This document shows, piece by piece, positions 35,704 to 45,364 of a stretch of DNA of 64,000 bases. This DNA comes from Bacteroidales bacterium UBA1180 (lineage in GTDB: Bacteria; Bacteroidota; Bacteroidia; Bacteroidales; Paludibacteraceae): contig DBYS01000016.1 of the NCBI GenBank assembly GCA_002310195.1, positions 60,278-124,277 of the forward strand, in the 5' to 3' direction. The translations under genes and the position numbers were made by a program. Under the pieces are notes generated by a model. That model was not told where the DNA came from. It was given only the letters and a program-made list of their open reading frames with translations, and ran no database searches. The stretch's first letter is position 1; the number at the start of each line of letters is the position of its first letter.

Positions 35704-36944
35704 TAATAGTTCTGCATCTCCTCGGAGAGTTTCTCATACTCCTTCTCCATCTTCAGGCGGTAGTAGCACTGACGGAGCGCGCGGGCGTAGGTCATATCGC
35801 CGGGAGCGAGTTCATGAGCTTTCTCGTAGTACGGCAGCGCGAGTTTGAGCACCTCGTCGCTTTTCTTCTTCACTGCCATGTACTCCTTCTGCGACAGGTT
35901 GTCGGTGCCCTCAAGCATCGTGGTAGCCTTGTCGTTGTAGGCGTACGCGTAGTTCAGGTAGTACTCGGCGTTGTTCGGCTCCATCTGGATAGCCTTGTCG
36001 AAGTACGTGAATGCCTCGTCAAAGCGGCGGAGCGTACTGAGCAGCGTAGCCTTGGTGTGGAAGTACTGTGCCTGCGAGGGATCGTTCTCGATAGCTTTGT
36101 CGAGGTATGCCACTGCACCGAGGGTATCCTTGGCTTGCACGAGGTCGTTGATCATGTTCTGGATGAACCAAGCCTCTTTCGGGAACTTCTCCACAGCCTC
36201 TGTCAGCACGGCTTTGGCTTTCTCGGGTTCGCCTTTGAGTTTGTACAGGTCATAGTAGTACTGATAAGCGGTCACCTCGTGTGCCGGATCGGCAGCGATA
36301 CGACGGGCCATAGCCAGTGCTTCGTCATAAGCCTTGGCGCGGTAGTAGTACGACAGCGAGTAGCTCATGTACTGGTAGTACGTCGTGTCCTTCACCATCT
36401 TTGCCTGCAGCTTCGGGTCCTGCATCATCTCCATATCGGGTATATCGCAGTGGAGCTTGAAGGCGTTAGCCACACCCAGATCGTCGTTCTGCTCAGCCAG
36501 ATGCGATGCGTAAATCGCCAGATCCTGACGCTGGAAGTACTCGAGCACGCGCTCGGCAATGTTCTTGCGGGTACGCAGATCATACTTCGGGTTACCTTTC
36601 TTGTCATAGGTCGGAACCATCGCCAGCGAGTCGGCCACCTTCCAGTAGTTGATACTCTCAACCACGGCAGCACCTTTCACAGCGTTGTCAACGGTCTGTC
36701 CCATCTGACCCATCAGCCAGATGTGCTCGTTCTGCTTGTAACCGATCAAGCCGGCTACATACCAGGTATCAGCCTTATCCTTGGTCTCTTCGTTCTCCAG
36801 AGCACCCTTGATGGCAGCGCGTGCGCCATCGAAGTCAGGAGTCTCCTGCAGGGCAAGGTTCTTGGCTGTACTGACAGCTTTCTTCTGGGCAAAGCAGCAT
36901 GTGCTTATCAGCACCAACGCTGCGAGAAAAATACTCTTTTTCAT
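35703..36944 (-). CDS. Secreted tetratricopeptide-repeat protein
   Basis: Has a signal peptide (STCCFAQ) and repeated TPR-like A..Y...A patterns. Its stop codon overlaps the ruvX start codon (TAATG). Confidence 0.7.
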   Translation of the reverse strand: MKKSIFLAALVLISTCCFAQKKAVSTAKNLALQETPDFDGARAAIKGALENEETKDKADTWYVAGLIGYKQNEHIWLMGQMGQTVDNAVKGAAVVESINYWKVADSLAMVPTYDKKGNPKYDLRTRKNIAERVLEYFQRQDLAIYASHLAEQNDDLGVANAFKLHCDIPDMEMMQDPKLQAKMVKDTTYYQYMSYSLSYYYRAKAYDEALAMARRIAADPAHEVTAYQYYYDLYKLKGEPEKAKAVLTEAVEKFPKEAWFIQNMINDLVQAKDTLGAVAYLDKAIENDPSQAQYFHTKATLLSTLRRFDEAFTYFDKAIQMEPNNAEYYLNYAYAYNDKATTMLEGTDNLSQKEYMAVKKKSDEVLKLALPYYEKAHELAPGDMTYARALRQCYYRLKMEKEYEKLSEEMQNY

Positions 36945-36956
36945 TGTCGTATTGTT

Positions 36957-39530
36957 TTATTCGTTTGTTTCTTGAGGTTCTTGTGTCTCCGTTGCTTCCG
37001 GTGTCTCTGCACCCTCTACAGGCTGTTCGTCCTCTTCTTCTTTCGGTACTACGCAGCCGAACATCAGTGTGTCGTTGCGTTTCTGCAGTTCGATGAGTTT
37101 CACGCCTTGTGTAGCACGGCCTTGAACGCGGATGCTGTCCATCGCCATACGGATGGCTGTGCCGCTCTTGGTGATGAGCATCAGATCTTCGTCATCCTTT
37201 ACTGCGTGCAGACCTACGAGGCTGCCTGTCTTGTCGGTCAGTGCAATGGTTTTCACGCCCTTGCCGCCACGGTTTGTGATGCGATAGATCGGTTCGCCGT
37301 TCTCGTCGTCGAGGGCTGTACGTTTGCCGAAGCCCTTCTCGGAAATCACGAGCACCGTCTCCTCACCTTTACTATCTACACAAATCATGCCAATCGCGTG
37401 ATCTTGGCCATCTTCGTCTAATTTTATTGCACGAACGCCGGTCGCAGTACGTCCCATTGGACGGACTGTATTCTCCGGGAAGCGCACGAGTTTGCCGTTG
37501 CTCGAAGCGATTAGCATCTGGCTCTCGCCGTCGGTCAGTGCTACGCTGATCAGGCTGTCGCCCTCACGCAATCCGAGCGCGATTATACCGTTCGCACGCG
37601 GACGGCTGTAGTCCTCCAGCGTCGTCTTCTTCATCAATCCGTTGCGGGTAGCGAAGATCAGGTAGTGGTTCTTCACGTACTCGGGATCGTTCAGACCCTT
37701 GACGTTGATGAACGCGCAAACCTTCTCGTCCTTCTGCAGGTTAATCACGTTCTGCATAGCGCGACCCTTCGACTGGCGGTTGCCCTCCGGCAGGTCATAC
37801 ACCTTGATCCAGTACAGACGGCCGAGGTTCGTGAAGAACATCATCGTCGAGTGCATCGATGCGGTGTGTACGTACTCGATAAAGTCCTCGTCGCGGGTGT
37901 TGCTTGCCTTCGAGCCTATGCCACCTCTACCCTGCTGACGGAAGTCAGCCAGCGGCGTGCGCTTGATATATCCGAGGTGTGAGATGGTGATCACCATGTC
38001 GTCGTCGGCATACATATCTTCGGGGTTGAACTCCGTAGCCATCTTCACGATGCGCGTGCGGCGCTCGTCGGCGTACTTGTCCTTGAGCTCCTGCAGCTCG
38101 CTTGCAATCAGTTCGTAACGCAGACTCTCGTTGGCGAGCAGATCGTTCAGATGAGCGATCTCTTTCTCCAGTTCGGCGTACTCTTCTTTCAACTTGTCAA
38201 TTTGCAGTCCTGTCAACTGCGACAGACGCATCTCCACGATAGCCTTGCTCTGCGGAGCGTCCAGGCCGAAGCGCGCCTCGAGGTTAGTCTGCGCGTCAGC
38301 CGGTGTGCGGCTTGCGCGGATGATACGTACCACCTCGTCGATGTTATCCACAGCGATGATCAAGCCTTCCAAAATATGTGCGCGCTCCTGCGCTTTCTTC
38401 AGCAGGAAGCGTGTGCGGCGCGTAACCACATCCATACGGTGCTCGATGAAGTTGCGTACGAGATCCTTCAGGTTCAGCAACATCGGACGGCCTTTCACCA
38501 GCGCGATGTTGTTCACGGCAAACGAGCTCTGCAGGGCGGTGAACTTGTACAGCTTGTTCAGCACCACCTGTGCGTTTGCGTCGCGCTTGATGTCGATTAC
38601 GATGCGTATATCACGCTTCGACTGGTCGCTGATATCCGTTATGCCCTCGATGCGCTTGTCGTCCACCAGCGCAGCGATGTTCGACACCAGGTCGGCTTTC
38701 ACTACGCCGTACGGCAGCTCGGTGATGATGATGTGCTCACGGCCGTTGTTGTCGGTCTCTATATCCGCGTTCGAACGGATGATCACGCGGCCACGGCCGG
38801 TCTCAAACGCGTCACGTACGCCCTGGTAGCCGTATATCGTACCGCCGGTCGGGAAGTCCGGAGCTTTGATGTACTCCATCAGCCCTTCCACGGTTATCTC
38901 TTCGGCTTCGGGATTGGCTATACGCGCCTCGATGTTACGGATATATGCCAGGCAGCCGTCGATCACTTCGCCGAGGTTGTGCGTCGGCATGTTCGTAGCC
39001 ATACCTACGGCTATACCGCTCGCGCCATTCACCAGCAGGTTCGGGAACCGCGTCGGCAGCACCGTCGGCTCGCGACGGCTGTCGTCGTAGTTGAGCTGCA
39101 TATCTACGGTATCCTTGTCGATATCGTTCAGCATCTCCTCGGCGAGCTTCTCCAGCCGTGCCTCGGTGTAACGCATAGCAGCCGGACTGTCACCGTCCAC
39201 ACTGCCGAAGTTACCCTGACCATACACCAGCGGATAACGCATCGCCCACGGCTGTGCCAGACGAACCAGCGTACCGTATATACTGCTGTCACCGTGCGGG
39301 TGGTACTTACCCATCACCTCTCCGACGATTGCTGCACTCTTCTTCGTCGGCTTGTCACTTGTGTTACCCATATCCCACATCGCGTACAGCACACGGCGGT
39401 GAACAGGCTTGAAGCCGTCACGCACGTCTGGCAACGCACGGGATACAATCACGCTCATCGAATAATCGATGTAGGAGGTTCGCATCTCCTCATCAATCTT
39501 CACAGGAATAATTCTGTCTTCTGTAATCAT
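36957..39530 (-). CDS. gyrA: DNA gyrase subunit A
   Basis: Has the N-terminus SYIDYSMSVIVSRALPDVRDGFKPVHRR, the region HPHGDSSIYGTLVRLAQ and C-terminal beta-pinwheel repeats. Confidence 0.97.
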   Translation of the reverse strand: MITEDRIIPVKIDEEMRTSYIDYSMSVIVSRALPDVRDGFKPVHRRVLYAMWDMGNTSDKPTKKSAAIVGEVMGKYHPHGDSSIYGTLVRLAQPWAMRYPLVYGQGNFGSVDGDSPAAMRYTEARLEKLAEEMLNDIDKDTVDMQLNYDDSRREPTVLPTRFPNLLVNGASGIAVGMATNMPTHNLGEVIDGCLAYIRNIEARIANPEAEEITVEGLMEYIKAPDFPTGGTIYGYQGVRDAFETGRGRVIIRSNADIETDNNGREHIIITELPYGVVKADLVSNIAALVDDKRIEGITDISDQSKRDIRIVIDIKRDANAQVVLNKLYKFTALQSSFAVNNIALVKGRPMLLNLKDLVRNFIEHRMDVVTRRTRFLLKKAQERAHILEGLIIAVDNIDEVVRIIRASRTPADAQTNLEARFGLDAPQSKAIVEMRLSQLTGLQIDKLKEEYAELEKEIAHLNDLLANESLRYELIASELQELKDKYADERRTRIVKMATEFNPEDMYADDDMVITISHLGYIKRTPLADFRQQGRGGIGSKASNTRDEDFIEYVHTASMHSTMMFFTNLGRLYWIKVYDLPEGNRQSKGRAMQNVINLQKDEKVCAFINVKGLNDPEYVKNHYLIFATRNGLMKKTTLEDYSRPRANGIIALGLREGDSLISVALTDGESQMLIASSNGKLVRFPENTVRPMGRTATGVRAIKLDEDGQDHAIGMICVDSKGEETVLVISEKGFGKRTALDDENGEPIYRITNRGGKGVKTIALTDKTGSLVGLHAVKDDEDLMLITKSGTAIRMAMDSIRVQGRATQGVKLIELQKRNDTLMFGCVVPKEEEDEQPVEGAETPEATETQEPQETNE

Positions 39531-39619
39531 TGTATCGTGTTATTATATTTTTTTCGATTTTACCAGACTACTAGGTCCCTTGTTTCCTAGTCTCCTAGGG
39601 TCCTAGCCCAAAAAGCGTA

Positions 39620-39651
39620 CAAAAGTAATAAAAAAAAATGACATTTGCAAA
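39620..39651 (-). promoter_or_regulatory. gyrA operon promoter (-7 TACTTTTG is the reverse complement of 39620-39627; -33 TTTG is the reverse complement of 39648-39651)
   Basis: Consensus match with a 20-nt spacer. It implies a 5' UTR of about 85 nt. Confidence 0.6.
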
Positions 39652-39834
39652 TTTTTTGCGCATTTTTTTGCGTTTTGACGCATTTTTATTAAAAATAGTG
39701 TACCTGTCGATAGCAAACAGCCGTGCGCGCATATCGCTCGTAACACATGTTTTTCAGCCTACACGCCTTTTCGCACTTTTGCGCCTACGCGCCACACGCG
39801 CGTGCGAACTTAGAAAAGTTACATGATCCCATCT

Positions 39835-39856
39835 AAAAATCCTCAAAAGCATGAGG
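39835..39856 (-). terminator. Putative intrinsic terminator after the PPTase gene
   Basis: The minus strand reads CCTCA-TGCTTT-TGAGG followed by ATTTTT. The stem is only 5 bp. Confidence 0.45.
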
Positions 39857-39870
39857 TAATAACAGTGCAA

Positions 39871-40518
39871 TCACTTTTGTATGGCAACGGACCAAGCGTA
39901 GGTGTCGGTGTGACCGGAGAGGAACGTAAAGGGATGATCTGTTTGAAACAGATCAGGTAAGGTGTCGAGATTAAGGCCTGTGCCGATGGCTTTGACGAGG
40001 GCTTCCTTGCGCGTCCAGAGTTCAGTGAAGGCCAGGCACGGATCGACGGCATTGCAGATAACAGTCTGCTCGGCGGCGCTCATCGTACGGTTGAGGAACA
40101 GCGGCTCCTCTATTCGCCGCGGCGAGGCAACAGTCTCAACGTCGATGCCTACAGGCTGCCAATCGATAGCGACCGCAAGGGCGGTCTTGGTGTGAGAAAT
40201 TGAGAAGTGTGCCCTGCGGGCGATTGATGGTTGATGAATTGATGATTGATTGTCCTGCAGGGGGCAAGTGAGCGAGGGCTTGCCGTAGGAGTCAACGGTG
40301 TAGGTGAGATCGGCGAGCGGGAGACCGGCAGGGATAAAGCCGTGCTCGATAAGCAGCGAGTGCAAGAGTTGCCACGCGCGCAGACAACAATACCGGCCAT
40401 GCAGATGTACGAATCGCAAAGCCTGCTCGCGGCGCGCAAAAGGAACAAGCGGTAGTAGTTCGGCTACTACCGCTTGCATTGTTTGCTCGTCAGGAATATT
40501 TTCTACTTTGTAGTACAT
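39871..40518 (-). CDS. 4'-phosphopantetheinyl transferase (Sfp-type)
   Basis: Has the motifs GKPSL, SISHTKT, GIDVE and WTRKEALVKAIG. Confidence 0.8.
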   Translation of the reverse strand: MYYKVENIPDEQTMQAVVAELLPLVPFARREQALRFVHLHGRYCCLRAWQLLHSLLIEHGFIPAGLPLADLTYTVDSYGKPSLTCPLQDNQSSIHQPSIARRAHFSISHTKTALAVAIDWQPVGIDVETVASPRRIEEPLFLNRTMSAAEQTVICNAVDPCLAFTELWTRKEALVKAIGTGLNLDTLPDLFQTDHPFTFLSGHTDTYAWSVAIQK

Positions 40519-40521
40519 GTA

Positions 40522-41934
40522 TTATCTGCGAGTTGAGCCACCGCCGGAGCGACCGCCACCGCTATGGCCACCGCTACTGTGTCCGCCTCCGCTGAAGCCT
40601 CCGCCTGAACGGCCTCCGCCGCTATAGCTGCTTGAGCTTGAGCGACTGCTGCCGCCACTGTAGCTGCTGCTCGAACGAGACGAGCTACCGCTATGGCTAC
40701 TGGAGCTGCTTGAACGGCTTGAACTGCTGTAACTGCTTGAGCGATGACTGCTTGCTGCAGGCTGCGAGCTGCTGGAGCGATGCGTGCTTGCCGTTGCGCC
40801 TGAGCGTGAACTCGACGAACTGCTTGAACGGTGCGTAGTAGCTGTAGGCCGGCTGCTTGACGAACCGCTTGAGCGGTGCGTGGTTGCCGTAGGGATCTGG
40901 CCGGTTGTGGCACGCTGGCTGACAGCTGTGGGGCGCTGACTGCCGCGCTGGTTGATCGACACGCTGCTTGAGCGCTGTGCAGGTTGTGCGCCTTGACGTG
41001 CGCTGACCTGACGTCCGTTGGCCGCAGCCTGACGGGTCGATACAGCCGACGAGCGACTTACGCCTGCGCTGCCGAACGTGTTGTCGTAACCGCGAGTGGA
41101 TCGTCCGCCCGGTGCACCTACCCTTGTAGCGGCAGTGCTTCCCTGACGCGATACGCCTCCTCCCGCACGGGATGAACGGATAGCCGTGGCACGCGATGCG
41201 TCAAGATGGCGAGCGTTGGTCACGCCGCTGTTGCGCGTTGCAAATGCACGGTCGTGATGCGCTGTTGCGTAATCGCGACGGCTGACTCCGCCATGCATGT
41301 CGTGGTACGCAGGACGCGGATAACGTGCGTAACGGAACGAGCAGTAGGGATGATGGTGATGCCAGTGGTAGCAATGATCCCAGTAGCGGTGCATCGGCCA
41401 GCAACGCCAGCTATACCACCAGTGAGGATAATAGCCCCAGTACCAAGGCGAATGCCAGCAGCACCATGTGGGTCCCCAGAACCAGTCGTAGATATACGGA
41501 CGGTAGATATATACCGGTTCGATGACGTAGTTCGCACCATATACGTACTCATCACCGATCACCTGTGTGCTGACCTGACCCGTCGCTTCATCCTTCTCGA
41601 CATAGATTGATGCAACATCCTGGAACACATCCTGTGCCAGCACGGCCTGGATAACTACCAGGTGCTTGTTGCCGTTGTTGGTCTCCACAACGCGAAGGTA
41701 ATCGACTGATCCGTCACCGTTGAGGTCAAGATTGGTGAAAGCGGAGTCAGGGTTGTTCAGGAGTGTCTCAAACTCCTCAACGTTCTTAACTGTGCCGAAC
41801 AATGTAGCCACCGCCTTCAAATCGAGCGCTTGGCTTATGTCCTCTGAGTTGGCAGAGATCGTGATCGTTTCATCTGCCCACGTACTCCAGCTAACTGTAG
41901 CCAGGAGAACGAGTAGTGATAGCAAGCGTTTCAT
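40522..41934 (-). CDS. Secreted hypothetical protein with an N-terminal globular domain, a Trp/Tyr/His/Cys-rich core and a C-terminal tail of about 230 aa rich in Ser/Arg/Gly
   Basis: Has a signal peptide (SWSTWADE), an EF-hand/dockerin-like DLNGDGSVDY motif, the core DWFWGPTWCCWHSPWYWGYYPHWWYSWRCWPMHRYWDHCYHWHHHHPYC, and a tail ending in GGGRSGGGFSGGGHSSGGHSGGGRSGGGSTRR. Confidence 0.75.
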   Translation of the reverse strand: MKRLLSLLVLLATVSWSTWADETITISANSEDISQALDLKAVATLFGTVKNVEEFETLLNNPDSAFTNLDLNGDGSVDYLRVVETNNGNKHLVVIQAVLAQDVFQDVASIYVEKDEATGQVSTQVIGDEYVYGANYVIEPVYIYRPYIYDWFWGPTWCCWHSPWYWGYYPHWWYSWRCWPMHRYWDHCYHWHHHHPYCSFRYARYPRPAYHDMHGGVSRRDYATAHHDRAFATRNSGVTNARHLDASRATAIRSSRAGGGVSRQGSTAATRVGAPGGRSTRGYDNTFGSAGVSRSSAVSTRQAAANGRQVSARQGAQPAQRSSSVSINQRGSQRPTAVSQRATTGQIPTATTHRSSGSSSSRPTATTHRSSSSSSSRSGATASTHRSSSSQPAASSHRSSSYSSSSRSSSSSSHSGSSSRSSSSYSGGSSRSSSSSYSGGGRSGGGFSGGGHSSGGHSGGGRSGGGSTRR

Positions 41935-41981
41935 AGCAATAATTTTTTTTTGTAAACGCCGCCCGAAAGCGAACGTTTGAG

Positions 41982-43238
41982 TTAAACAAGGTGTAATGTG
42001 TGATGCATCTTTTCCTTCTTCGTTCGCATGTAGCGAAGGTTGTAAGGATTGGGTTGCACCTCTATTGCTATGTTCTGTACAATAACTATGCCATAACTTT
42101 CAAGTCCGATTCTTTTTACAGGATTATTTGTCATAAGTCGCAGATTTTTAGCGCCCATTGAACGTAAAATTTGTGCACCGATTCCGTAATCCCGTTCATC
42201 AGCATCGAACCCGAGATGCACATTTGCCTCGACTGTATCCTCACCCTGTTCCTGTAATTTGTACGCTTTGATTTTGTTCATCAGACCTATACCCCGCCCC
42301 TCCTGGTTGAGATAGACGAGAATGCCTTTCCCCTCCTGTTCGATGCGCCTCATTGCCTCGTGAAGTTGTTCGCCGCACTCGCAACGTTTGCTACCGAATA
42401 TATCTCCTGTCATGCACGACGAGTGTACACGGCACAGGATCGGCTCGTCCTCGGCCCACGTGCCCTTAGTGAGCACTATATGCTCCAGTCCGTTGCTCAG
42501 CTGGCGGAAAGGCGTGAGGTGGAACTCGCCATACTCAGTAGGCAGCAATACGGTGTCGCCGCGCTCGATCAGTCCGCCGCACTGCTCGGCATCGGCAGGC
42601 TGGCCATCGGCTGCCGGTTGCTGGCCGCTATCGGTTTGCGCGAGACGATAGGCGATTAGATCCTTGATGGAAATGATATGCAATCCGAACTCTTGGGCCA
42701 CCTTCTCCAGTTGCGGCATTCGTGCCATGGTGCCGTCCTCGTTCATTATCTCAATGAGTGCGGCGCACGGGCGCATGCCCGCGAGGCGCGCCAGATCAAC
42801 CGCCGCCTCAGTGTGTCCGGCACGTTTGAGCACGCCGGCCGCCTGTGCGTACAGAGGATTGATATGTCCCGGACGGCCAAAGGTCTGTGCCGTGGAAGCC
42901 GGATCAGCCAGTGCGCGGATAGTAGCCGCACGATCCTCGGCCGACACGCCGGTGGTGCAACCCTCGAGCTTATCGACGGTGATCGTGAACGGCGTACCGA
43001 GCATCGAGGTGTTGTTAGCCACCTGATGCACAAGGTCGAGCTCCGCACAACGTTCTTCGGTAAGCGGACAGCACAGCACACCGCGGCCGTTGTGAAGCAT
43101 GAAGTTCACTTTTTCTGCCGTGATCGTCTCAGCCGCTGTGATGAAGTCGCCTTCGTTCTCGCGGTCCTCGTCATCAACTACGATGACAAACTTACCCTGA
43201 CGGATGTCCTCTATAGCTTGTGGAATGGTTGATAGCAT
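41982..43238 (-). CDS. ribBA: Bifunctional 3,4-dihydroxy-2-butanone-4-phosphate synthase / GTP cyclohydrolase II
   Basis: Has [10 protein letters not shown] (RibB) and the RibA zinc site CRVHSSC..GD..GS.RCECG. A Q/A/D-rich inter-domain linker is inserted. Confidence 0.95.
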   Translation of the reverse strand: MLSTIPQAIEDIRQGKFVIVVDDEDRENEGDFITAAETITAEKVNFMLHNGRGVLCCPLTEERCAELDLVHQVANNTSMLGTPFTITVDKLEGCTTGVSAEDRAATIRALADPASTAQTFGRPGHINPLYAQAAGVLKRAGHTEAAVDLARLAGMRPCAALIEIMNEDGTMARMPQLEKVAQEFGLHIISIKDLIAYRLAQTDSGQQPAADGQPADAEQCGGLIERGDTVLLPTEYGEFHLTPFRQLSNGLEHIVLTKGTWAEDEPILCRVHSSCMTGDIFGSKRCECGEQLHEAMRRIEQEGKGILVYLNQEGRGIGLMNKIKAYKLQEQGEDTVEANVHLGFDADERDYGIGAQILRSMGAKNLRLMTNNPVKRIGLESYGIVIVQNIAIEVQPNPYNLRYMRTKKEKMHHTLHLV

Positions 43239-43265
43239 ATATTACAGATTCAAAAGTTCAAAAAT

Positions 43266-44780
43266 TTATTCGTCGGTTAATCCAAGTTTGCGTTTGAGCG
43301 GTTCGAAGATCTTCGCCCACGCCTCGGGGTTGAACAGAGCGGAGTCCGTAGCCGCCTTGTAAGTGAGGAAGATACCGATAGGCAGCAGCACAAACGAACT
43401 GAGCCACATTCCCGCCCAGCACGGCCATATAGCCTCACGCGCCATCTTGTAACCCGTGTTGTCGATGATGTAATAGAAAATGAACATCACCACGGATATG
43501 ATCACCGGCGTACCCAAACCGCCCTTGCGGATGATAGCACCAAGCGGTGCACCGATGAAGAAGAAGATCAGGCAGGCAAACGCGAGCGTGAACTTGCGGT
43601 GCAGTTCCACCTCATGCTTGCGGATGTACCGCTGGTAATCGTCGAGCACAATAGCGTTATAGTCAATCTGATCGCGCTGTGCACGCGCACGCTCAAGTGC
43701 TACGGCAAGTACGCGCTCCTTGTATGTATTGTTGAACGATGCAAACAGCGAGTCGGGGTTGTAGCGGACACGCCAATCAACACCGTCGGTCTCCGCCTTA
43801 GCCATAAGCCGCTCATGTTTCTTCTCCAGCTCCTCCATCCGCTCCACAGTATGCCGTTCGCGCCCGAAGTACCGCGACTCGACCATCTGTTGGCTCTGTT
43901 CGTTGCCTTTCTCCACACTGAGCGCCTGCACCGAATCGATGGAGTGCAGCAGTTGGCGCGTGTCCTTGCTCACGTGCTGGTCAGCCAGCAGGCTCTCGTC
44001 ATAGCGGGTGAGATCGGAGTCAAAGTCGATAAGGATCTGCTTCTCGGCAAACGACTCGCGGCGGTAAGGGATGTTCTTGGTCGTACCGGTGGCACGCTGC
44101 TGCTTGCGGCTGAGGTTCTCGAATGACTCGCCCGAGTAGAGGTGAAGCATCAGGTAGTGCTTGTCGTCCGACACAACAATCTTGCCCGAGTCAGCAAGCA
44201 TCACCGTCGCATCCTTGAAGCCCTTGCTGTAGTCGTAGATCATCATGTCGTATAGCATACCGCGGCGGGGATTCTTGTGGCGGACGTAGATGTGAAAACC
44301 GTGAATGCCGTCGTAGAACTCACCCTCAGGTATATCGAGCTCGGGAGACTTCTGCCTAAGGGAGAAGATCAGCGTCCAGAGTTTGACCTGCGAAACCGGC
44401 AATATGCTGTTGGAGAAATAGAACGCGCCTGCACAGATCACCATCACCGCCACGACGAGCGGGCGGATAATCCTGAACAGCGACACACCTGCCGCTTTCA
44501 TAGCCGTCAGTTCGACCTGTTCGCCGAGATTGCCGAACGTCATGAGCGACGACAGCAGCACCGCCAGCGGCAACGCCAACGGTACAACAGATGCTACAGC
44601 ATACACAAAGAACTCCGCGAGCACACTCAGTCCGACACCCTTGCCCACGAGGTCACGCACATGCAGCCAGACGAACTGCATCAACAGAATAAAAATACAG
44701 ATCACCAACGTAAGCACGAACAAGCCGAGGAAATTCCTCAGCATATACATGTCCAAACGTTTGATAGGTGATCTGAGCAT
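43266..44780 (-). CDS. LptF/LptG (YjgP/YjgQ) family permease
   Basis: Has the N-terminus LDMYMLRNFLGLFVLT, and TM segments flank a large periplasmic insert. Confidence 0.8.
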   Translation of the reverse strand: MLRSPIKRLDMYMLRNFLGLFVLTLVICIFILLMQFVWLHVRDLVGKGVGLSVLAEFFVYAVASVVPLALPLAVLLSSLMTFGNLGEQVELTAMKAAGVSLFRIIRPLVVAVMVICAGAFYFSNSILPVSQVKLWTLIFSLRQKSPELDIPEGEFYDGIHGFHIYVRHKNPRRGMLYDMMIYDYSKGFKDATVMLADSGKIVVSDDKHYLMLHLYSGESFENLSRKQQRATGTTKNIPYRRESFAEKQILIDFDSDLTRYDESLLADQHVSKDTRQLLHSIDSVQALSVEKGNEQSQQMVESRYFGRERHTVERMEELEKKHERLMAKAETDGVDWRVRYNPDSLFASFNNTYKERVLAVALERARAQRDQIDYNAIVLDDYQRYIRKHEVELHRKFTLAFACLIFFFIGAPLGAIIRKGGLGTPVIISVVMFIFYYIIDNTGYKMAREAIWPCWAGMWLSSFVLLPIGIFLTYKAATDSALFNPEAWAKIFEPLKRKLGLTDE

Positions 44781-45277
44781 TATCTTTCGCGTACTCCTCC
44801 CTTGAGGTCATCGCTAATGAAGCTGAACGGCAGCAGGCTCTCGGCACTGCTGAACTCATACACATGATTCGCGCCGAACAGCAACACGCGCATTGGCTGC
44901 TTATAGCGATGCTCTGTCTCCAGCATCACCTGACGGCAAGCGCCGCAAGGGGAGACAGGGTCTTCAGTAAAATGGCCGTTGGTAAACGCAGCTATGGCCA
45001 AAGCCAGTACCGGCTGATGGGGATGTTGTGCTCCTGCGGCAAACAACACAGTGCGCTCGGCACACAACCCGCTCGGGTAAGCTGCGTTCTCCTGATTACA
45101 CCCCTCAACAATCGTGCCATCAGCCAACAATGCAGCCGCGCCGACACAAAAATGCGAGTACGGCGAATAAGAGTCCTGCGTCTTGCGTTTGGCCACTTCA
45201 AGCAACTGCTTGTCGGCAACCGGCAGCTCATCCCATGAATAGCTGCGAATACGCGTATCAATCGTGAATTCTTTCAT
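44780..45277 (-). CDS. cdd: Cytidine deaminase
   Basis: Has the zinc motifs CAERT and PCGACRQ. Its stop codon overlaps the lptF/G start codon (TAATG). Confidence 0.9.
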   Translation of the reverse strand: MKEFTIDTRIRSYSWDELPVADKQLLEVAKRKTQDSYSPYSHFCVGAAALLADGTIVEGCNQENAAYPSGLCAERTVLFAAGAQHPHQPVLALAIAAFTNGHFTEDPVSPCGACRQVMLETEHRYKQPMRVLLFGANHVYEFSSAESLLPFSFISDDLKGGVRER

Positions 45278-45306
45278 GATATGACCTATTTTGATATTTT
45301 AGCCTG

Positions 45307-45338
45307 CAAAGATACAAAAAATATTTGATTATTCCAAA
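45307..45338 (-). promoter_or_regulatory. Promoter of the cdd operon (-7 TATCTTTG is the reverse complement of 45307-45314; -33 is the reverse complement of 45335-45338)
   Basis: Consensus match with a 20-nt spacer. It interdigitates with the divergent plus-strand promoter. Confidence 0.55.
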
Positions 45339-45355
45339 ATTTTTTTGTAATTTTG
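45324..45355 (+). promoter_or_regulatory. Promoter (-33 TTTG 45324-45327, -7 TAATTTTG 45348-45355) of the 45365 gene
   Basis: Consensus match with a 20-nt spacer. It argues against the TTG at 45353 as the start codon. Confidence 0.55.
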
Positions 45356-45364
45356 TACGCTGAA

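Noticed and set aside
39638-39826. A 62-aa plus-strand ORF in the gyrA-PPTase spacer.
   Set aside because: It is hydrophobic and low-complexity, has no convincing -7/-33 promoter in the right place, and has no recognisable family. It is more likely non-coding.
40503-40913. A 136-aa Ala/Gln/Val-rich ORF on the minus strand that overlaps the tail of the 40522-41934 gene.
   Set aside because: It is an alternative frame of the AGC/GCT-rich Ser/Arg/Gly repeat region. The composition is a direct consequence of that repeat, and it has no independent start context.
43239-43265. A possible FMN riboswitch ahead of ribBA.
   Set aside because: Only 27 nt separate ribBA from the upstream lptF/G-family gene. 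That is far too short for an FMN aptamer, and no conserved FMN-element blocks were seen upstream.
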